NCBI RefSeq assembly: GCF_009834535.1
Contig: NC_045707.1
Coordinates: forward strand, 46,192,001-46,256,000
DNA from: Camelus ferus
Taxonomy: Eukaryota
Reading direction: 5' to 3'
DNA length: 64,000 bases
Below the pieces are notes generated by a model, which saw nothing but the letters and a program-made list of their open reading frames with translations, was not told the origin of the DNA and ran no database searches. The position numbers and the translations under genes were made by a program. Shown here one piece after another: positions 25,095 to 38,176 of the stretch (the first letter of the stretch is position 1; the number at the start of each line of letters is the position of its first letter).

Positions 25095-27008
25095 CTGACT
25101 TAATGATATGTTGTGTGTGTATAGAGCTAGCATATAGAAAACACTGAATATATACTAACCAGACTTTGCCATGAAGAAAATTTTAAAATTTAGGGCTCAC
25201 AGGTTTGTGTCATTCTTAGAGTGACCTTTCAGGACTTTGATTCTTTAAAAAAAAAACCAAAAAACCAAACACCATGTTTTTTAAAATACATTTTATGATT
25301 TTTATTTTTAAATATTTTCATCTTTGCTCCGGTTAGAATTTGATTCTCTTTAAGATGTCTGCACATAAATGACATAGTTACTCCTGCACCATTTTTTGCA
25401 TAATTACCTCTCTTTAAAAGTACAGTGCTGTCCCTATGCATGGTTTCATTTTTATAGATTTCTTTCTCTGGTTTTAAAACTGTTGAGTCAAAGATTATAA
25501 TTTTGGCTCATTTATTCTGGATTGATACCCCACCTCGCCCTCAGGCCAGGATTCGACATAGCATTTTGAGAACTCTAGTTCATACATTTGGAAACTTTCA
25601 ACAGGCATGATTCTGGTATCATTTACAGTAAGGAAAGATCAAAAAATAAAGGAGAAGAGATAGTAAAGTTTGTTGTTTTTTTAAACATTTGCTTTCAATT
25701 CTCCTGAATTAGATGTTACCTCAACAAGTTCTATTTAATGTAGAATTGTGTCCTTTCCGCATGTTTGCAAAAGCTGGTACAGTGAAAAGACTGTGTGTTG
25801 TTGCTTCCTGAACCCTCTATGCTGCCTTAATCACTGGTGGCCCACTGTCCTGTCCTAGCGAGGGAGGTGAAAGAGCAGGAACAGCTTCCAGCAGATGACT
25901 TTCAAGCTTGTGCTCCTCTCAGTAAACGTATTTAGCATCCTTGTGCTGTCCTTGGTACCAGGAAATTTAAGTGGATTTATGACTCATGTTAAAATAATAA
26001 ATACAACAAGATTTCATGATTGTAGGTGATACACTGCTGCTGTATCTGGCTTAATTATCCCTATTTTTAAGAACCCTGTGGCTTGCTAAATATCACTAGA
26101 TATTTAGGGGTTGTTATATGCACCTATGTTAATTATTGAGAGGTCCATGTGCCTTTTCATCTCTGTGTCTGACACAGAGGGAGGTTAAAACTGTTGGTTG
26201 TGCCCAGAAACTAACACTTAACATTTTATAACCTGACCCCAGAGCGTGTTAATAGTGGAATGAATATGCTTTTATTGCATGTACTCTCATTTGAGAAAGG
26301 CACTGTGCTTGTCAGAACCTGCTGACTCAAGCTGATTATCAAGTAATACTTGTTGTATAAAGCCAAAGTTTACCTCATGCGCTGAGCAGTTTAGCAGTAC
26401 TCACTGAATTGCCATCTGTTGGGAAAGTGGGCACCAAAATTAGAGAGTCTTCTTTCATTCAGTGCATTGATGTCCTATTACCACCCGGTGACCCCTGAGG
26501 GCATTTATTTATACTAAATCATTTTTCTGTTTCTAGTACCCAGAAATGTTCCTATTTTTGGATAAATGGGAGCATGTTAAGTTCTATGGAGAAATTTCAC
26601 TAACACTCTGGCTGTTTAAGATTCTCTAACAGCAAGAAAGTGTTTTAAGTACTCAGAGCTCAAATTAAGTTCTTATTTTTAAAGGAAGAATTAAAAAGAG
26701 AGCTCGTGCTTTTTAAGGATGGTTTTGGGGACTGAGCCCACTATTCCAACAAATATTTTTTGAGGCCTTTATTTATTTGGGCAAATAAGAGATGAATGAC
26801 ATAATCTTGTATTTGTGTGTTCCTTTAAATTAAATGTTGATGCTTTCTCAACCTTCATTTTTTAAATGATTTGTTGCACATTTGCCGTAATTTTAATGGT
26901 AACAGGTAAGAGTATGAAATAAGAATAATATGTATACTGTTAGATATGTATACATTAAATCTGTATACAAAGATTATGTTATGTTTTCTGATACTTTGGA
27001 CATTTAAA

Positions 27009-27168
27009 AAATCACAGCTACTTCGTTAGTAAATAGTTCTTTAAAATAATTCCTCCTTATTTATTTACACAACAGCCCAAAATAAGCCTGGGTGTTTTTC
27101 TAGGGCAGCTAGCTTATTAAACTCTCAGGGGATTTTAATTTTCTTAAGTGTGTGCTTGCCTCAGTTGT
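27009..27168 (+). repeat. 160-bp inverted repeat, left arm
   Basis: Aligned by hand to the reverse complement of 28977-29136: 150/160 identical, no gaps. Confidence 0.95.
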
Positions 27169-27452
27169 CGAATTTAATTTATGGTTGAAGTTAATGTTCT
27201 GTGGAAGTAAATGCAGTGACATCAGATTCCAGAATTATAAGGTAATGAAATGACCTATCAGAAACAGCAACTTATACTATATTTTAAAAGTAAACCAGAT
27301 TCACAGAGGGAAGAATATTCTGAGCATGAGGAAAGCCTGTATCAAATCATTAACCAACTAGTTCTGGTTAGTCAACAAATCTATTTTTAATTACTAAATG
27401 CTTCAGACATGGGAAAAACATTTTTTAAAATGTGATACTCGGAAAAGTAGTA

Positions 27453-27846
27453 GTATGCTCAGTGAAATAAGTCTGAGAAAGACAGTACTGTATGATATCA
27501 CTTATATGTGGAATCTAAAAAATACAACGAACTAGTGAATATAACAAAAAAGAAGCAGACTTGGAGATATGGAGAACAAACTAGTGGTTACCGGAGGGGA
27601 GGGGGCAAGGGCAGGGATAATAAAGGGGTAGGGGAGTAAGGGGTACAAACTATTAGGTATAAAGTAAGCTCCAAGGATATGGCGTACAACACGGGGAATA
27701 TAGCTAATATTTTATAATAACTATAAATGGAATATAGCCTTTAAAAATTGTGAATCACTATATTGTACACCTGAAACTTAGATAACATAGTACAGCAATT
27801 GTACTTCAATTTAAAAATTCAGAATAAAAGGAATAATAAAAAAAAA
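27453..27846 (+). mobile_element. L1 3'UTR fragment with A-rich tail
   Basis: AGTGAAATAAGTC...ATATCACTTATATGTGGAATCTAAAAAA...AAACTAGTGGTTACC...GTACTTCAATTTAAAAA. Confidence 0.88.
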
Positions 27847-28619
27847 GTGTGCTATTCCTATACCTACCTCCTAGATTTAACAGCTGGTAACGTTTTGCCA
27901 TGTTTTCATCAGATTTCTGTCACTTGTTTTTAAGAACAGGTGACCTTTATGCTCCCAGATGCAGTATCTGGCTGCCTTCTCCCTTCCTGCTTCCTCAGAG
28001 ATCTCCGTAACCTCAAGTGGTTGTGTTTCATTCCTTTGTAGGTTTTTGTATGTTGCAAGATTCCATAAGTGACTTACACTGTTGTCTTCTGTATTAAATA
28101 TTTATATACATGGCATCCCTTTTGTAACTTGCTGTTTTTCCAAACATGGTGTTTTAAAATTTATCTGCCTTCATTTCTGTTTTCACGGTTGTGCATTATT
28201 TCAGTACATGCTTAAATCAGAGTGTGTTTATAGCCATTCTCTTCATGGTGAACAGGCAAGTTGATTCTGAGAAGATCAGAGAGGGTGGTGGAGGGTTTCT
28301 CTTGGAAAGATACTTAGAAGTTACATTCCTGAAGCAGAGGGAAAAGTGTCTTCAACTTTACCATCTTGTCCTTAAGTAGCTTTGTCAAGTAACTGTACTT
28401 ATGGGAGTGATTTTTTTTTTAAAGCTATGTTTTAATATCTGTCATAGAGGATTTCTATAATATTGTTAGATTTGGGGTAGGTGTTAAATAGTATTTGTTT
28501 AAAGTTTGTGTGCATTTTAATTTTGCCTGAAAGCAAATACAAAGTTATTTTGAATTTGCTAGTAGGCAGTTTTAAGCATTTATTTAAGCATTTAAGCATC
28601 TCTACTCACATCTCAATAT

Positions 28620-28975
28620 TTTATTTATTGAGATATTTTATTTATTGAGATATAATTTACATATAGTAAAACTTCCCCTTTTTAAGAGTACATGTTCTGA
28701 GTTATGACAAATACATACAGCCTTGTAACTGTCACCCGATTAAGATACAGACTATTTCCATTACCCTCAAACAGTCTCTCTTGCCCTTTTGTAGTCAGTC
28801 TTCTCTCTGCTGTCCTCAGTCCCTGGCAGCCATTGACCCCACTTCTGTCCTTGTGGTTTTACCTTTTCCAGAATGCAGTAGAAATGGGATCATACAGTAC
28901 GGAGCCTTTCTGAGTGTGACTTCTTTCACTTAGCATAATGCTTCTGAGATTCCTTCATGTTGGTGCATGTATCAT
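28620..28975 (-). mobile_element. Old L1M 3' fragment, ending abruptly at the right arm of the inverted repeat
   Basis: TTTATTGAGATATAATTTACATATAGTAAAA...CTTCTTTCACTTAGCATAATGCTTCTGAGATTCCTTCATGTTG. Confidence 0.8.
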
Positions 28976-28976
28976 A

Positions 28977-29136
28977 ACAACTGAGGCAAGCATAAACTTA
29001 AGAAAATTAAAATCCCCTGAGAGTTTAATAAGCTAGCTGCCTTAGAAAAACACCCAGGCTTATTTTGGGCTACTGTGTAAATAAATAAGGAGCAATTATT
29101 TTAGAGAATTATTTACTAACAAAGTAGTTGTGATTT
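28977..29136 (-). repeat. 160-bp inverted repeat, right arm
   Basis: Reverse complement of 27009-27168 with 10 substitutions. Confidence 0.95.
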
Positions 29137-29669
29137 CTTTTGTGATTTTATGATAAGCACTATCAGATCTGTAAGAGTACTAAAGTGTGACATGTGACTG
29201 AGTTTATCTCAGTTTTTCTCATGCATTATGAAAAGTTTAGAGCATCAGTTTCCACAGTCATAAGTACACTAATTTGTAAGTCTGTTATTTCTTAAATGTT
29301 TTGTTACTTCAGAATATAAAATTTTACAGATTAAGTATCATTATATATATAGCACATGAAATTAGGGCCAGTGTTTCGTGTCTTAACCTAGGTGCTGTGT
29401 GCTGTGGGTTTTGTCTTTTGTACGTATTTCTAGGGGAGATGTTCCAAAGCTGCTGCTGCTTTTTTTTTTTTTTTGAATGATTCTCAGTGGTGGCAGGTGA
29501 CCTTTTAAAAAGATGAAGAACCACTGGTTTAATGTGAGCTCTTGTTTTGGAATTAAAGCCATCAATGTATAGATGTGTATTCATTGTCATGTCAAAAGCT
29601 CATGCTTTTATGTTGATTAAAAAAGTTTACAGAATATATGCACAGAAGATACATTTTTGTTAATATGGA

Positions 29670-29910
29670 ACATTAATAAAGGTAGCAAAAGTGAGTTCTG
29701 CCAGCACTGTGGCACGGGCATTGCCTGGTTCACAACAATTTTTACAGCAGTACCAAAATGTAGGTACCGTTGTCCTCATTTCATGGATGAAAAACTGAGG
29801 CTCAAACGGGTAAATGACTCATGCACGATCACAGCAGTAAGAAGTGGAAAGGCTCTCGAGGCCCTGAACCCAGGTTAGTCTGCATTCCCAAGCCTGCCCC
29901 TAACCACTAG
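29670..29910 (-). mobile_element. MIR SINE
   Basis: CCTCATTTCATGGATGAAAAACTGAGGCTCAAACGGGTAAATGACT core. Confidence 0.7.
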
Positions 29911-31324
29911 GCAGAGCTGCATCGACAGCTGGAAGGATGGCAATGCAGAAACCTAAATGTAGACGCTCCTTACCTCTGGGTCAGTGGAACGGTGGGTGCT
30001 TTATTTTTCTTCCATTACCTTTTTGGTATTTTTCATGGCTTTTCTAAAACAAGTATGTTTTACAATTAAATGATGAGAAGCCTTTGTCCTGAAAAGGAGA
30101 AGATAAATCAAAGCAATGCTATAACTTTCTCATTTACTTTTTGTTTTGCCCTGGGTCTAGGGAAGGGTCAGGGGTCAAGACTCATAACCACGGTGATGGA
30201 AACCAGCAGCAGTGCTACACGGCGGGTCCCAAGCTGCACACCCTTGAACATGGGTTTAGAATTCCCAGGCTTTCTTCTCAGGCAGGGACGATTTGAAGCA
30301 GGTGAGGTTCTAACTTGAGAGCTCAGTAGAAAATATAAGGAAAGGCTGCCTTATCCCAGAGCTGCCTTCATTGTCCTCAGTGCTTCATTGTGTGCCCAGC
30401 GCTGTGCTGGGCCCTGAGACCGGACAGACCTGGAGGAGCTCGGGCTTAAGAGGACAGACTTGCAGACGGAAAATGACAGTGCTCCAGGGAGCCCTGGCCT
30501 CACGTGGGCCCTTCTGGAAAGAACTGGCCCAGAGCCCACCCTGCGAGGCTCTTGACAGGAAGGAGTAGGTGTCTGCTGTTCAGGCTCCCTGGCCCACCTG
30601 CCTTCATACTTAGACCCTCCTGCAGGGGTGTTTCCTGCTAGGTGTTTGTAGGACATCGTTGGCAGAGGAGGACAGATGGTACTGATTTTTGAGGTTTTGG
30701 TTCACCTCTGCTTACCTCTTTGATGGTGTGTTTGTATATGCCTATATATGTGTGTATAGATTTTTATATCCTCATGCAAAGCAAATACTAAACCCTGAGC
30801 ATCACAGATAGGTCCCTTGATTTAACTCAGATATAAGAAGGATGCTGCAAAAAAGGGAGGAACAGAGATGTTAATTGTCATGGCAACCAGCAGGTTTTTA
30901 TAGTGGAACACTTCCCTTGTAACTCCAACGAGGCACCTCTTTTCTAACTACAAAAACAGACTGACGCATCATGCTCAAGAAATTATAGTACCATCTCTCA
31001 ATGAGGTTTTGTTTGCTTTTTGGAAATGATCTTGTAGTGATTTTGCTTCCTTTCTAGAATTTCAGAGATGAAAGGCACCTTTTACTTGCCTTAGAATTTT
31101 ATGAAATCAGGTGCTTATGGCTTTCCCATTATAATGTCACCCCCAGTTCCATCCCCCACCTTCACCCCCACCCCAGTTTAATCCACATGGCCAGGATTTT
31201 TACAAGGGATTTGACTGAGGATGAGTTTGGAGTTTGACAGATATACATTCTGTGGCACAGGCTTCTCCCTCTCCCTTCCTTTGAATGCTGTTTGACCTTG
31301 TGTGATCTTTTTGTGCTTGGGCCT

Positions 31325-31394
31325 TTTTCTTTTTTTTTTTTAATAAGGGTACTGGGGATTGAACCCAGGACCTCATACATGCTAAGCATGCGCA
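31325..31394 (-). mobile_element. 5'-truncated Vic-1-type SINE
   Basis: Reverse complement GCGCATGCTTAGCATGTATGAGGTCCTGGGTTCAATCCCCAGTACC plus poly(A); the A box is missing. Confidence 0.85.
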
Positions 31395-32675
31395 GAGGCA
31401 GTGGACAGGCCTGTTTATGGTCCAGTGCATACTTAACAAGGGTCACCTTGGCTGCTGGATTCAAAACAGATTGCCGGTGGGTGTGGGCTGGTGTGGGGAG
31501 ACTGGTGGGGCTTGGTGAGGGTGGCTTGGACTAGGACGCTGGCAGTGGAGGTGATAGGAAGAGTTCAGGCTGTTTTCCAGCCCTCGTTTAGTGTGTGTGC
31601 TAGAGCTCTGAGGGGCCCGGGCCTGGTTCGTAAACCTGATTCTGCCACTTAAGCTGTGTGAACTAATCTTCTTAGGCAGTTTGCTCAACCCATCAGAGCA
31701 TCTGCTTCCTCATGTAAAAATTAAGTATAATTCTTTCCTTATAAGGATGTTGAAAGCTTTTGTGAGATACTCAACTGAAGGGTTTCCTGGTTCCCTTTCT
31801 CACCTCACCCCCAGCATGGGTGCTCCCCACCCGCCCTCTACCCAAGTCTGTTGTGACCCTTCGTGTTCTCACGTGTGGTTTGCTTGTCTCTGTCACCCCG
31901 AGAAAGCAGACAGGGATTGCATCTCCAGGGCTTCACACATAATGCAAAATTAATGTTTGGATGGGTAGAGAAATGGAAGGAAGCAAGAATGGAAGGAAAG
32001 AATGAATGAAGAATCTTATGCATGGATGTTCGGGTGCTATTTGAGTTCACACGTTCCAACAGACAGGCCTTTTTTGTTTCAGAGTTCAGTGTTTGAGGAT
32101 GTCCAGTAATTAGTTAAGGCCTTGGCTATGTTTCTTCTTCAAGTAAGCCTTATTAAGGAAGACGTGTACTTTTATTTCCATATTTTAAAATTTATTTTCT
32201 CCCCACTTGTGGCGTGTAGAGAAATGCCTGTTGAAGATGCTAATTGGTGTTTTTACTTAGGTGTTCTTTAAGAATAAAGGTTTTGTTAGCAGATTTCATC
32301 AAGACTGAGGAATTTTTCCACCAACATTTTGTTATGAAATTTTTCAAACAAATCCACACAAAATACAAAGGTAGTAACAACTTATATTAACATTAACTTA
32401 ACATACAGATGCTCTAAATCACTCATCACAATGTTGGTATAGTAGTAACTTCAAACTTCAGGGCAGGGTGTTTTTTTGAGTTTCAGTGCTTCTGTTACCT
32501 ACTGCGTGATATGGAAAGGCTCAATCCTACCGTAACTTTTCTGTCAGAAAAATTCTGACGCCTTTCTTCTCTGTAAGACCATTTGACAGTTATCTAGGAC
32601 TTAGGCATCATTTATACTTAAAGTCAGTGTTAATAGGTTGAACTGTGTCCCCTGAAAAAGATTTGTTGAAGTCTA

Positions 32676-33543
32676 TGATAGTTGTGATTTACAATGAGAA
32701 ATACATGTATTTGGTCTCGGTCCCCATTGCTGGCACAAAGCTCCTAAAACCTTAGGAATTTCCTAAGTGATACTATTGATAAAGGTGAAGTTGGTGTCAT
32801 TTGTTATTCATATAACAAACCTCTTTCAGCTACACCTGAATTTATGTTACCGAGATGACTTCTGGAAAGTCCCTAAAGATGGGGGTGGGCTGGTTGCCAG
32901 GGGAACTTTGAGTCCCGCTTCTGGGGAGGAAAGAGGGGCTGGAGTTTGAATTAATCACCCGTGACCAATGATTTAATCTGTTATGCATTCGTAATGAAGT
33001 CTCCATAAAAACCAATAGGGTGGGATTCAGAGAGCCCCCCACCCCCACCGCTGGTTGGTGGAGGGGCTGGGAGAATTGCGTCCAGAGAGGGCATGGAGTA
33101 TCCTGTCCTCTCCACATACCTTGCCAATGCATTCCTTCCATCTTATATCCTTTTATGATAAACTAGTGTTCTAGGACGTAAATGTTTTCCTGAATTCTGT
33201 GAGCCTCTCTAGCAAGTTAATCAACCTGAGGAGCGGGTGTGGGAGTCTCCAGTTTCTAGTCAGTCAGTCAGAAGCATAGGTAACAATGTGGACTGGAGAC
33301 TGGTGTCTAAAGTTGCAGGAATAAGACAGTCTTGGGGACTGAGCCCTTAACCTGTGGGATCTGATGCCATCTCCAGGTAGATAGTGTCAGAAGGAGTTGA
33401 TATGAAGTACACTGCTGGTTTGGAAGAACTGTTCGGTGTAGGGAACCTCCCCCTGACCCACACCTGACACACACACACTTGGTGACCAGAAGTGTGATTG
33501 TAGTATGAGAGCAGAGGAGACACAAGGGAGCATTTCTTTAAAA
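32676..33543. mobile_element. ERV LTR (MER21-like) inserted in the MLT1
   Basis: CTGGCACAAAGCTCCTAAAACCTTAGGAATTTCC; GACTGAGCCCTTAACCTGTGGGATCTGATGC. Flanked by the direct repeat (AA)GTCTA at 32669-32675 and 33543-33549. Confidence 0.8.
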
Positions 33544-33610
33544 AGTCTAACCCCTAGTATCTCAGAATATGACCTTACTTGGAAATAAGGTCTTAACAGA
33601 GGTAGTCATG

Positions 33611-34621
33611 TGTCAACTAAAAAAAAAAAAGAAATGCATGATCTAAAAGTTGAGAATTATGTTTTATTCAGCAGACTTTCTAAGGACTCAACCCTCAGAT
33701 AGCTCTAAGGGACTGCTACAAAGAGGTAAGGGAGGAGCCAGGATATATAGGAGTTTCTGCAACAAAAACCAGGTAGTCAGAACATCAGTAGCCAAGACAT
33801 GGAAGCAACCTAAATGTCTATCCACAGATAAATGAATAAAGGGGTCACAGTGGGACATTACTCAGCCATAAAGAGAAATGAAATAATGCCATTTGCAGCA
33901 ACATGGATGGACCTAGAGATTACCATACTAAGTGAAGTAAGTCAGAGAAAGACATCATATGATATCACTTATATGTGGAATCTAAAAAAATGATACAAAT
34001 GAACTTATTTACAAAATAGAAATAGATTCACAGACATAGAAAAGAAACTTATGATTGCCAAAGGGGAAAGCGGAGGTTGGGGAGAGTAAATTAAGAGCTG
34101 GGGATTAACATATACACACCACTACATAAAAAATAGATAACCAGCAAGGAGCTACTGTATAGCATGGGGAACTATGTTTAATATCTTGTAATAACCTATA
34201 AAAGAAAAGAATCTGAAAAAGAATATATATTTATATACATATATAATTGAATCACTTTGCTAGACACCTGAAATTACTGCAACATTGTAAATCAACTATA
34301 CTTCAATAAATAAATAAATAAATAGATAAATAAATAAATAAATAAAATACAATTTTTTTAAAAAGTTACTCTTAATTAAAGGAAACCAGGCAACTCAAGT
34401 TAACGAATTTAGCACTTTTCTATGTTTGGGAAGATGGAAGAGTCTGGGCTCACTGAAATCTCTCCTTTGATATGCACCTTAACCATCTAGGGCCAGTGTG
34501 CTGCTTTTCTCCATCCTGGGTCCCCCAGGGTGCACAGTAGGGGCGGCTGCAGTGGCTGATGGCTTGATGGCTGCAATATCCTTTGTTTATTGATATGGCA
34601 GGTGACATTCTTTGTCCATGC
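33611..34621 (-). mobile_element. ERV1 LTR (MER41-like) inserted in the MLT1 and itself split by an L1
   Basis: TGTCAACT...AAAGTTGAGAATTATGTTTTATT...GGAGGAGCCAGGATATATAGGAG...GAACATCA|AAAGTTACT...GAGTCTGGGCTCACTGAAATC...TTTGATATGCACCT. Confidence 0.7.
33788..34352 (+). mobile_element. L1 3' fragment with a (TAAA)n tail, nested in the ERV1 LTR
   Basis: GTAGCCAAGACATGGAAGCAACCTAAATGTC (VAKTWKQPKC), L1 3'UTR, and (TAAA)n at about 34306-34347. Confidence 0.9.
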
Positions 34622-35754
34622 ACATTAGGGTGATTCCTAATCCAGTATGACTGGTGTCCTTATAAAACGAGGGAGTTTGGAGACAGACACGCACAGAGGA
34701 AAGATGATGTGAAGGCAGAGGATTAGTGCAATCAAACTACAAGTCAAGGAATGCCGAGGCTGCTGGAAGCCAGGAGAGAGGCGTGGACTGGTTCCTTCCC
34801 CTAGCACCTTCAGAAGGAGTGTAGCCTTGCCGACACCTTGATTTCAGGCCTCCAGAACCATGAGACAATATATTTCCATTATTTTAAGCCACCCAGTTTG
34901 TGGTACTTTATTATGGCAGCCCTGGAAAGCCACTGCAGTTGACCAACACTTTCCTGTTGACTGACGACAACTAAAGAGGTACTGCTACCTGGCTCCAGAA
35001 TGAGTACAAATACAAAGGCCTTGAGACCCCAGGGTTTCCAGGGACTTGGTCAGCAGATGATTACCTCTCTACTATAATCCTCCAAATTATATTAATACTC
35101 TTTTTCATCAAAATAAACACGTTCTTTTAAGTTGTAGCAAACTCATGGATCCCCAAGAATATGTCTATGTACCCAGTTTGAAAAACTCAGATGTAGGAAT
35201 AAGAAGCAGATTTTGGTTCTGAGTTCAAATCTCATGTCTGCCACCGCGTAGCTGTGCAACCCTGACCCCCTTGCGTAGTCTTCCCGAGTCTGTTCTGCAC
35301 CAGGAGAGTGGAAGCGTCCCTCTCTCCCTGGTGGATTGTGGACTGAGAACTAGAGGTAATGACAACTGTCTGGCATTGAACCTTGCACCCAGCAGATGTT
35401 CGGGAATCAGCTGAGGCATGGCAGCTGGGGTGAAGGGAAGAAAGGAGGGGACCTAAAGAAGTTTAGTGAGAGCGGGGTGGATCCTGGCCCGGCAGGCAGA
35501 CGGGGTCTGACTACCCTGTTGGCACACTTCCTGAGAGGTTTCATCCAAGTGGCTTTTCCTCTCAAGTAAAAAGTCAAAGATTCCTTTGCTTGGGACGCCG
35601 AAAGAGAGCATCTGGTTCAGGCGTGAGCCTGTTTCCTTAAAAAAACACGGAGACCCCAGAGACAAGGTAATGCGTTCAAGATCAGGTGATTTCGTCAGCT
35701 GGGTTATTTTTTATTCAGTAGGACAACTGAAAACTGAAAAGTGAGTTGTGTTTG

Positions 35755-36535
35755 TTTTTTTTAAGTAACAGCTTGGTTGAGATATAATTCACATACCATG
35801 CAATTCACCCATTTTAAAATGTACAATTTAATGATTTTTGTATACTCAGAGTTGTGCAATCTCCACCACAATCAATTTTAGAACATTTTCATCACCCCCA
35901 AAAGAAACTCTGTACCCAGGAGCAATCGCTTTCTGTTTCCCCCCTCCCAGAACTCCCCAGACAAGGCAACTGCTCGTTTACTTTTTATCTCTATGGACTT
36001 GCCTGTTCTGGACACTTTCTGTAAATGAAATCAGACATAATGTGGTCTTTGTGTCTGGCTTCTTTCAGTCGGCATGTTGTCAAGGTTCATCCATGCTGTA
36101 GCGTGTGTCAGTGCATCATGTCTTCTTATGGCCAAGTAACATTCCATTGCCTGGGTATACCACATTTTATTTATCCACTCATCAGTTGATGGGCATTTGG
36201 GTTGTTTTCATTTTTTGGCTATTACGATTAATGCTGCCATAAACATTTGTGTACAGGTTTGTTTTTTATTTTTATTTATTTATTTTTTTGTGGGCGTATG
36301 TTTTCATTTCTCTTGGGTATGTACCTGAGGACAGAATTGCTGGATCATACAGTAATTCTATGTTTCACCTTTGGAGGACCTGCCAGAGTCTCTCCCATAG
36401 CAGTTACACTGTTTTATGTTCCCACCAGCAATTGATGAGGGTTCTTATTTCTCCATAACTCTGCTAACACTTGTTACTGGATGTCTTTTGGTAGTTGTCT
36501 CAGTTGGTGTGAAGTGGTATCTCATTGTAGGTTTG
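35755..36535 (-). mobile_element. L1MB-like 3' region
   Basis: TTGAGATATAATTCACATACCAT...TTTAGAACATTTTCATCACCCCCAAAAGAAAC...GTGTGAAGTGGTATCTCATTGT. Confidence 0.88.
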
Positions 36536-38126
36536 TGTTGATTTTTGAAATTTCTTTTAAGGAAAGTTGTTATATTCGTCATATGAGGAAACATATCTTT
36601 AGCTGAAAGGCTGGTATGATTAATAATGTAATTTCAAAATTAATTTCCATTCTTTGCCACATTCCTTCTTACTAGTCATTTCTTGAAACTAGCTATCCAA
36701 AACCAAGGTTAGATAGAATAATTGCCATGCTTTTGCATGGCTTGGCTTTTACTTTGTTGCTGAAATTGCATGAGAACAGGTACATAGAGCTTCCTGGTCC
36801 TTCCCATGCTCCAGAGTCCAGCATTGGATGGCCTTGTCAGCGGCCAGCCTTTTGAGGGATGTGGTCAGTAGGTGAGTGGCCCCTGTCAACTTAGGTAAAT
36901 GGCCAGGGCATTTAGTCATGACTCTTGCAAGGGTTAGCTGCTGCTGTGCATATGTGTTGGTGGTTATAAGTGGGTACAGCCCAAACTCGCCCCTTGTGCC
37001 AGAAAGAGACTTCATGCCCTCTTTGCAGACAGGCTTTACAGGCTGCAAATTCTATCATAAAGAACAAGAAACCTAACAAAATGCAAAAGCACCTGTGAGG
37101 CCACAAATAAACGTTGGCTGAGTGAATGAGTAGCTTTGGCTTTGGGAGCCAGGCAGCATTCTAGCATGGCAGCATGGAGTAAGCTGTTGAAGCTTTCTGA
37201 GCCTTGGTCCCTTAGCTGCAAGACAGAGAAAGGGGAATGCCTCTGTCCCTGGGTTCTCGTGATGACCTAAAAGTGAGCAGCTCCGGGTAGGCACTCAACA
37301 GATGTTAATTCTCTTTCCTTATGTAGCTCTGCTGTTATCCTCAGGCTTTTTTTTCCTACAGGTTTAGTCCAGCTCCAGATATAACAGAACACAGGGTCGA
37401 TTGTACTGTTTAGCTTATCTTTTCTTTGCAGAGAAATCATGAGCTCTTGGCAAAAATTAAGTATTGGTGGAAACGAATATTGCAATTTGGTAGCTGCTGA
37501 TTGACGCATGTTTGCTAAACAGCTACTCAAATTTTAGGAAGCTTGCCTGGAAGGAGAAGAAAAGGAAGAAATCCTAAGAACATTTTTACCTCCACCCTTT
37601 TTTTTTTTTAAACTTATTTATAAACCGTCTTCTTGGGAACATCCCAGCTGACAAATTTTTATGAAATATTGGCTAGCTTTGGCTCCGGAGAGCAACGTAG
37701 CCTGCATGAAAGCATAAACTTTAATGGATATAAAAGGGTTGATTCTTTTTTGGAGCCTCTTTGCCTTAGAAAAAAAATTTTTTTTTAAAGAAAGAGATGT
37801 TCTTTTGGTCACTAGGTCTTTTTTTAGACCTGCAGGGAAGTCATAGTAACAGGCTCCATGTCTGGTTGGGTTCCATGGCAACAAAGGGTTGTGACTTTAT
37901 TAGAGGAGAATGGAGCATGCCAAGAAAAATAAAAATCAGAGTATGGAAAATGTCTGACCAGATGAATGTGCTTTTTGGATTGTGTGCCCTGGAACAGAAA
38001 GGTTTCCCCAATTGGCATCGGCTCCACTAGGTTATCATTAGAGGGATCAGTGCTTATTTCCAGAAAGTCTGTCTGCATGTTTGTCTTTTATTCACTCACT
38101 CATCCTTTTCTGTATCTTGGTATATC

Positions 38127-38176
38127 TTTTTTCTTTTCTTTTTTCTTTTTTTTCTTTTTTTTTTTTTTTCTTTTTT
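38127..38176. repeat. T-rich polypyrimidine tract
   Basis: About 50 nt of T runs interrupted by single C. Confidence 0.85.

Larger units (their letters stand above)
32628..34937 (+). mobile_element. MaLR solo LTR (MLT1B/C-like) in three pieces: 32628-32675, about 33545-33610 and about 34622-34937
   Basis: The pieces join into a continuous MLT1 LTR: TGTTAATAGGTTGAACTGTGTCCCC...GAAGTCTA|ACCCCTAGTATCTCAGAATATGACCTTACTTGGAAATAAGGTC...|...CCTAATCCAGTATGACTGGTGTCCTTATAA...TTTAAGCCACCCAGTTTGTGGTACTTT. Confidence 0.85.

Noticed and set aside
27009..29136. Autonomous DNA transposon with 160-bp terminal inverted repeats
   Set aside because: No transposase ORF in the spacer, which is largely L1 debris, and no TSD flanking the arms. 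Kept only as an inverted duplication.
35450..35672. Possible cryptic exon ending at AAG|GTAATG in a locally CpG-richer patch
   Set aside because: No clear acceptor, no coding similarity and no other support. Donor-like motifs are common by chance.
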